A DNA stretch of 53,056 nt from IMG/VR virus record IMGVR_UViG_3300016478_000076, positions 1-53,056 of that record. One strand, written 5' to 3'. The notes under the pieces were generated by a model. The model searched no databases and was not told where the DNA came from. It saw only the letters and a program-made list of their open reading frames with translations. Positions 47,474-53,056 of this stretch are shown here, piece after piece; positions within the stretch are counted from its first letter, which is position 1; each line of letters begins with the position of its first letter. This DNA is from a virus. Lineage: Duplodnaviria; Caudoviricetes. The translations under genes were made by a program, and so were the position numbers.

Positions 47474-49768
47474 ATGTCCAATAATATCGTCACAAGTAAC
47501 CAGTTTATGGATAAATTAGTGCAATATTTGAAAGAGTTGTCTCTCGGGACAATCATTAAGAACGAGGAAGAGGCTAATAGATATGAGACTTTAGCATCTG
47601 CAAAAGATTCAGATTTATTTTTAGCTTGTATGGATAATTTTGTTAGCTTTGGAACATTCTTAAAGTTTGATAAAGTTCCATTGGAAAGAGCTGGAGTTCC
47701 AGCCAAATATATACCTGCTTGTATTATAAATAAGACTGTTATTCCACAGCCTTATAGAGAAGCTTGTGTAGAAGAGCAAAGAAAGTATACTATAGAGACT
47801 TATGTAGAAAGAAATAATTACTATAGAATGCTTAATGGTCTTCCTGATATGGAAGATTTACCGTTATATTATTCTCATCCAGATATACCTTCTGGAGTAG
47901 CAATGCATGAACTTTCTCTAGGTCTAGTAGAGACTTTAAGAATTAATGGTACTCTAGGTCGTATAATAGAATCTTATCCAGATAAGAGATATTTAAGATA
48001 TCTTGGCTCTAGAAAGATACCTCTATATAATGCTAGAAGAGGTAATAGATTCTCTGCTTTATATGTACCAGAGTGTGAATCAAACTCTATAAGAGAGAAG
48101 TATATGGATATGTATGAGAAGAATAGAATATTTACTCTAAAGACTGTTTATAGTGAAGCATTCAAATATTCTTCTAATCTATATGATAACTTTATAGAGG
48201 TATTTATTATAGTACAAACTGTAGTAGATATGATTAATGATTTACCTGAGATTATTATTAGAAAAGAATTCTTTGATGAAGAGAGTATAAGAGATATGTT
48301 TCTATCTCATGGTATAACTTACTTCTCTGAAATACCATTTAGATATCAATTAAAGATGGTAAAGAATCTAAATACTTTACTTAAGTATAAATCAACTACA
48401 AAGAATATGGTTGATATCTGTAAGATATTTGGATTTGAGAATGTAGAGATATTTAAGTATTATCTTCTTAAGGATAGAAAGATGACTATAGATGGAGACT
48501 TTGCTCCTCCTAAGTATATACTTCATTCTGATAATACTCTAACAGAAGTACCTGGAAGTGAATATGATTTAAAGTTTGTTAAAATGCCTATAGATGCAAA
48601 TCCAGATGATTATATTAGAAATACTACTAATCATTTATCTTATGAGGAGTTAGTATATAATGATATCTTCTGGAATGGTCCAGATGCTACAGAAGAACTT
48701 CATCTAGAAATTAAACAAAAGATAATAGATGAAAACTTCAACTATGTTCACTCTAAGTATTTATCTATAGATACTATATATGATTTAAATAAATTAAGCT
48801 TTGAGTTATGCTACTTATTTAATCTTATTATAGATAATATTAAGAATGAAGAAATACTTACTCTTAGAGTAAGAGAGATTAGTTATGATAAACCATTTAG
48901 ATTATCTGACATATTAATTATGCTATTCATATTAATGTATGAGAGATATGATATAGAAGATGATATAATGGATACTTCTGGAAAGATTCTTCATATCACA
49001 GGATTTAACTTTGAAGCTAATATGAGTCAGATATCATCATGGTTAGCTACCAAAGGATATACTCTACAAGATGTAGGTATAGATGGATTTACTATACCAC
49101 AAACACCTTTTGTAAACTTCAATGATTTAATGAAGGTTTATATTAATAATAAGAAGGTTCATGACCATTTAGTTAAAATGATGGCAACTGCAGATAGATA
49201 TCATATCTATAAAATATATAGAGATTTATATGATGCTTTGATGATATCTGACTTGAATACTTCTACTTTTAAAGATAAGAATGGAAACTTTGCTGGTACT
49301 TATACTAACTATATTAAGGATAGAGATCCTCTTCTATATGATTTTATTACTAATCTTAGATTACTAGATTCTGCTGAGAAGAATGATAAAATAATAGCTA
49401 CTATAGATGGTATAATATTAGCCCTAGAAGAATATCTTCATAACGATGAATTTGATTTCCAATTTGCTAATATGACAAATATTAGTAGTGAGCTAGTCAA
49501 AGGATATCTTTATAAAGTAATAAACTTCTTTAAGAGTTATACTGTAGATTTATTAAGTTTAAATACTATCTTTATTATAGAAGATAAGGATAGAAATAAA
49601 GTTAATATTGTAGATGATATCTGGATTACTAGTATCTTTATACCGAGGTCTCCAGCAAGTAATCATGATAGAAGACCAGATGAAATTATCTTATCTAGAA
49701 AAGGTATATATAAGCATTCTAACGCTAGAGGGCAAGATGACTTTATCATAACCCCAACATATTCATAA
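47474..49768 (+). CDS. Putative baseplate wedge/tail structural protein
   Basis: LNTLLKYKSTTKNMVDICKIFG resembles the wedge/tail-I 'KGT' motif; C-terminal INFFKSY; start placed at 47474 by SD. Confidence 0.55.
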   Translation: MSNNIVTSNQFMDKLVQYLKELSLGTIIKNEEEANRYETLASAKDSDLFLACMDNFVSFGTFLKFDKVPLERAGVPAKYIPACIINKTVIPQPYREACVEEQRKYTIETYVERNNYYRMLNGLPDMEDLPLYYSHPDIPSGVAMHELSLGLVETLRINGTLGRIIESYPDKRYLRYLGSRKIPLYNARRGNRFSALYVPECESNSIREKYMDMYEKNRIFTLKTVYSEAFKYSSNLYDNFIEVFIIVQTVVDMINDLPEIIIRKEFFDEESIRDMFLSHGITYFSEIPFRYQLKMVKNLNTLLKYKSTTKNMVDICKIFGFENVEIFKYYLLKDRKMTIDGDFAPPKYILHSDNTLTEVPGSEYDLKFVKMPIDANPDDYIRNTTNHLSYEELVYNDIFWNGPDATEELHLEIKQKIIDENFNYVHSKYLSIDTIYDLNKLSFELCYLFNLIIDNIKNEEILTLRVREISYDKPFRLSDILIMLFILMYERYDIEDDIMDTSGKILHITGFNFEANMSQISSWLATKGYTLQDVGIDGFTIPQTPFVNFNDLMKVYINNKKVHDHLVKMMATADRYHIYKIYRDLYDALMISDLNTSTFKDKNGNFAGTYTNYIKDRDPLLYDFITNLRLLDSAEKNDKIIATIDGIILALEEYLHNDEFDFQFANMTNISSELVKGYLYKVINFFKSYTVDLLSLNTIFIIEDKDRNKVNIVDDIWITSIFIPRSPASNHDRRPDEIILSRKGIYKHSNARGQDDFIITPTYS
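49756..49767 (+). promoter_or_regulatory. Late-type promoter AACA-N6-TA
   Basis: AACATATTCATA at the end of the upstream gene. Confidence 0.6.
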
Positions 49769-49792
49769 TAAATAATATAAGAGGTGATAATC

Positions 49793-50614
49793 GTGAGAGA
49801 AAAATTAAATTTATTTGATTTATCAGATATAAAAGATGATCATAAGATAATATCAGGCAGACCTGTTGGCGAGGTTACTATAACGAATAAATACACTGGA
49901 GAAACAGTACTAAAAAAGAAGAATAAGATTATTCTTCCAGGATCATGTACTGCTGCATCTAACCAGTTTGATATTCCAATACTTCATACTACTCCAACAT
50001 ACAATGAGAAACTTCAACTAGAGAATAGTGTAGTAAATACAGACCCTCTAGCTATAAGAAATGAAAGAGTATACTTATTCTGTATTGGTACAGATGGTTG
50101 CGGACCTCACCAATCTCAAGTTTATGATGTAAACTATGGAATGTGGTGTCCTCCAGATAAACTAGTACCATTCAGAACTGTTAATATTGATAATGATTTA
50201 TCTACTGCTCATAGAGAGAGATATTTCGGTAGAGTAAAGCTATTCAATAATAGTAAGATAGCTTATTACTTTAAAGGATTTGATGCAGATCCGACTTGGC
50301 ATCAAAGATATGTAAGTGATAATACTCCTATAACTTCTGGTGTATATGATACTGGAAGATTAGATGAGATTGTTAGTTATGTAGAATTAAAGATGAGTGT
50401 TGATGAGGATGATGCTAGAGAGTGGTTTGCACTTACTACAGGAGTTAATCATGCTCTTATTAATACTATATCTCTGCTAACAGCTAGCTATACTACTATA
50501 GGAGATATAAGGTATTATCAAGATATTAGACCATACACAAAAATCAACTTCCCAAATGAACCACTGGTTGATGTGAACAAGGGTCTAGATATTCTTTATA
50601 GAATTTATTATTAA
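49793..50614 (+). CDS. Putative baseplate structural protein
   Basis: KKNKIILPG, FCIGTDGC and the terminal LDILYRIYY pattern typical of baseplate/tail-collar proteins. Confidence 0.55.
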   Translation: MREKLNLFDLSDIKDDHKIISGRPVGEVTITNKYTGETVLKKKNKIILPGSCTAASNQFDIPILHTTPTYNEKLQLENSVVNTDPLAIRNERVYLFCIGTDGCGPHQSQVYDVNYGMWCPPDKLVPFRTVNIDNDLSTAHRERYFGRVKLFNNSKIAYYFKGFDADPTWHQRYVSDNTPITSGVYDTGRLDEIVSYVELKMSVDEDDAREWFALTTGVNHALINTISLLTASYTTIGDIRYYQDIRPYTKINFPNEPLVDVNKGLDILYRIYY

Positions 50615-50669
50615 AAATATAGTGTGAGGTTAATCCCTCACACTCTTATTTTAAGAGGTGGTGATAGTA

Positions 50670-51887
50670 ATGGCAAAAGCTAGAAAGATTACTTCTAAAG
50701 AAGATATAGATTTTTTATTAGGTATTACTGAAGATACTATTACTAAGACATTAATGATGAAGATGTTTGGTAAGTTTAAAACAGCTCCAAGATTTGACCC
50801 TACTGATGAAGTTATTATACCTCCAGGGTCTTATGGTCCAGAAGGTAAAAAGAATAAGAATTCTGTTACTACGACTGTAGGTATATGGGTTACTAATAAA
50901 CTTTTATTTGAAGGAGAACTCTTTGAACACTTTAAATATCAGAATAAAACTATGACTGGTGGAGTAATGAAAGATATGGCTAAGAAGATATCTTATCTTA
51001 TTCTAGAAGATAAAGTAGAACTATTAGCTCTAGAAACCTTTCTACAGAAAAGAATGTGGTTAATGAGATTTGTATCTATATTAAGTCCTAATGATACAGA
51101 GAAGATGTTACTTACATCACATGCTTTAAAGAAGAAGAAAGAAGAGTTATTTAAGAAGTATAAAGATGGTATAGAAGCTGGTGATGAAGTTACTGCTGTT
51201 AATCTAGAGAAAGAACTTCTATCTGCAGCAAAAGATTATCTTAAAGATGACCCTGCTATGGATAACTATGATAGTGGTGCTAGAGGTAAGTTTGATAATG
51301 GATTTAAGAATATGTATCTAGTAAGAGGTTCTGTTGAAAGTCCAGACCCTACTAAGTCTTATGAGATTATCACTAGTAATTATATGGATGGTATATCTAA
51401 GAAAGACTTTGCTACTATGGCAGACAGTCTTGTAGGTCCTGGATATAGTAAAGCAAAAGCTACCGCACCCGCAGGATATAGTGTAAAACAATTTGAGCAA
51501 GGATTCCAGCATGTTGTTTTAGATCCTCCTGGAAGTGATTGTGGAACTTCTGAGTATATTACTGTAGATTTAACAGCTAAGAATGTTGATCTATATATGT
51601 ATTGCTATATTAAGGATGGTTCTTCTCTTGTAGAATTAACCTCTGATAAGATAGATAAATATATAGGAAAAACTGTTAAGATGAGATTTAGTTCTGTATG
51701 TGAATCTAAAACTGGTAGATGTAATAAGTGTGCTGGTAATCTATATTATAGATTAAATCTAAGAAATATAGGACTTACTACTACAGCTATACCTAGTAAG
51801 ATACTTAATATGAATTTAAAGAAGATGCACGTTTCTCAGGTTAAGTTAGCTGAGATGGACCCTATGAAAGCTTTTGGAATGAGATAG
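50670..51887 (+). CDS. Phage RNA polymerase beta' C-terminal subunit
   Basis: TTVG, SGARG, SNYMDG, bridge helix KAKATAPAGY, DCGT, R.SSVC...CNKCAG zinc site, trigger loop MNLKKMH. Confidence 0.9.
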   Translation: MAKARKITSKEDIDFLLGITEDTITKTLMMKMFGKFKTAPRFDPTDEVIIPPGSYGPEGKKNKNSVTTTVGIWVTNKLLFEGELFEHFKYQNKTMTGGVMKDMAKKISYLILEDKVELLALETFLQKRMWLMRFVSILSPNDTEKMLLTSHALKKKKEELFKKYKDGIEAGDEVTAVNLEKELLSAAKDYLKDDPAMDNYDSGARGKFDNGFKNMYLVRGSVESPDPTKSYEIITSNYMDGISKKDFATMADSLVGPGYSKAKATAPAGYSVKQFEQGFQHVVLDPPGSDCGTSEYITVDLTAKNVDLYMYCYIKDGSSLVELTSDKIDKYIGKTVKMRFSSVCESKTGRCNKCAGNLYYRLNLRNIGLTTTAIPSKILNMNLKKMHVSQVKLAEMDPMKAFGMR

Positions 51888-51919
51888 ATTATTCTAGAAG
51901 ATAGCGTGTGGAGGTTGTT

Positions 51920-52600
51920 ATGAATAATAGAATAAAATTGGCTGCTGAATTATATGTAGAGAGAAATAAAAATATGGTATTAAAATCTAAAGTATCAGAT
52001 AATATATTTTATCATTTAATAGATAAAAATGCTAAATTTGATAAATACGGATTAGTATCACCTCAATATATATATGATAATAAAATAAAGAATTTATACC
52101 CGCTATTAGATTTATCACTTAGTAAATATGCTGATAGAATAGTTGATACTTGGAATATTGAAAAATATAAAGGTAGAGATCCTAAAAGTCTTAGCAGAGA
52201 AGAGATAATGGATGGTATAAAAATATTTAGAAAAGATGAAAATTCTTTAAAATATATTTATCTTTTTAAATACCCACCATATTTTGGATTAGGTAAAAAT
52301 ATGGATAATATACTTAAAGACAAAAAACTTATTAAAATAAATATAAATAATTCATCGGTATGGTATATAGATTATGGATACGAAAATTCTTATATTGGTA
52401 ATAAAAAATTAGATTTTCAATATTATAATGATATATCAATAAAAGATTATTATAAAAATTATAAAGATAATAATAGTCCTATATTTGCTTCTTTAAATCA
52501 TATTTCGATAATATGGGGTGATGGACATATACCACCAGAATATTTAGAAGAAGTTCCAATTCCAAACAAATCTAATATCGGTCATTTACTAAATAAATGA
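51920..52600 (+). CDS. Hypothetical protein, possible ADP-ribosyltransferase-like fold
   Basis: FYHL.......GLVS, YIYLF and the terminal HIPPEYL resemble KptA/DUF952-type ART motifs. Confidence 0.45.
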   Translation: MNNRIKLAAELYVERNKNMVLKSKVSDNIFYHLIDKNAKFDKYGLVSPQYIYDNKIKNLYPLLDLSLSKYADRIVDTWNIEKYKGRDPKSLSREEIMDGIKIFRKDENSLKYIYLFKYPPYFGLGKNMDNILKDKKLIKININNSSVWYIDYGYENSYIGNKKLDFQYYNDISIKDYYKNYKDNNSPIFASLNHISIIWGDGHIPPEYLEEVPIPNKSNIGHLLNK

Positions 52601-52630
52601 GATACCCATTATGGGTATCTCATCTTTTTT
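52597..52630 (+). terminator. Intrinsic terminator
   Basis: ATGAGATACCCA-TTA-TGGGTATCTCAT plus T tract. Confidence 0.85.
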
Positions 52631-52652
52631 GTTAAAGTCTATAATATCAATC

Positions 52653-52670
52653 ATATACTATAACTGTGAA
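52653..52670 (+). promoter_or_regulatory. Early-type promoter
   Basis: ATATACTATAACTGTGAATAAGAACT, nearly identical to the 27742 site. Confidence 0.7.
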
Positions 52671-52721
52671 TAAGAACTTAATCTTATTCTATTATTTTAT
52701 AATCCTAAGGAGGAATTTATT

Positions 52722-53056
52722 ATGTTAAAAATATCAAAGAAAAACATACTTGAGCTTATGGAAAAAACAAATCTAAAAAATATCAGTGATCCAATCAAAA
52801 GGATTCATGCAACCAAAGAACTTATTAAAAATGAAACCGTGAATCTAGATAATATTAATATAATTGGAAAGAATATCGATGTTCCGTATATTTATTTATC
52901 AACTTTAGAATGCTGTGAATTAACATTTATAACACACTCTGGGTTAAGTAATATCTATATAGTCTCAGATATACTTGGAGTACAAACAGATTTTGAATTT
53001 GAAGATGCTTTAAATGTACAACGTGAACTAGAACTTTTATTAGAATTTGGATATTA
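52722..53056 (+). CDS. Hypothetical early protein, partial (runs off the right edge)
   Basis: SD AAGGAGG; MLKISKKNILELMEKTNLKN... open to the window end. Confidence 0.7.
   Translation, partial: MLKISKKNILELMEKTNLKNISDPIKRIHATKELIKNETVNLDNINIIGKNIDVPYIYLSTLECCELTFITHSGLSNIYIVSDILGVQTDFEFEDALNVQRELELLLEFGY

Noticed and set aside
900-51512. Many 60-147 aa antisense or overlapping ORFs in the track (e.g. 13399, 14059, 26212, 32017, 36886, 42372)
   Set aside because: Shadows of real genes: no SD, and the S/F/L/I-rich composition expected from the antisense of AT-rich codons.
1-53056. CRISPR array, tRNA or rRNA genes
   Set aside because: No regularly spaced direct repeats or cloverleaf/T-loop signatures seen in the intergenic gaps.
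1-53056. Stop-codon reassignment
   Set aside because: Standard code gives full-length genes at high density; TAA, TAG and TGA all end genes next to terminators or downstream starts.

Overview
AT-rich (roughly 30% GC by eye) segment of a jumbo myophage genome of the phiKZ/AR9(PBS1)-like group, which encodes its own multisubunit RNA polymerase. Strong AGGAGG ribosome-binding sites and SH3b/peptidoglycan-hydrolase domains point to a Gram-positive (Bacillota) host. The left part holds virion genes: head proteins, SH3-tail tube/baseplate proteins, a baseplate wedge, RusA, and a 3200-aa tape measure with C39, glucosaminidase and NlpC/P60 domains. The middle holds an HU-like protein, an RNAP beta subunit, a GNAT, a degenerate HNH and a structured non-coding locus. 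The right part holds ThyX, a methyltransferase, RNase H, a Nudix hydrolase, a kinase-like protein, a PolB-like catalytic fragment, more baseplate genes, an RNAP beta' C-terminal subunit and an ART-like protein. Two phage promoter classes can be read from the DNA: a late-type AACA-N6-TA (16 perfect intergenic/gene-end copies) and an early-type ATATA(T/C)TATAW-N3-TGA (8 copies). The most unusual signals are (1) a short peptide motif, hydrophobic-x-P-F-x-F/I/L-(D/E), shared by 8-9 unrelated proteins and micro-peptides, mostly near a terminus; (2) promoter-driven structured non-coding loci at ~2930-3230, ~28340-28680 and ~37520-37627; (3) an early operon combining a prion-like protein, a kinase, a triplicated domain, a DUF488-like pair and a polymerase fragment. 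All functional calls come from motif recognition by eye; no searches were run.
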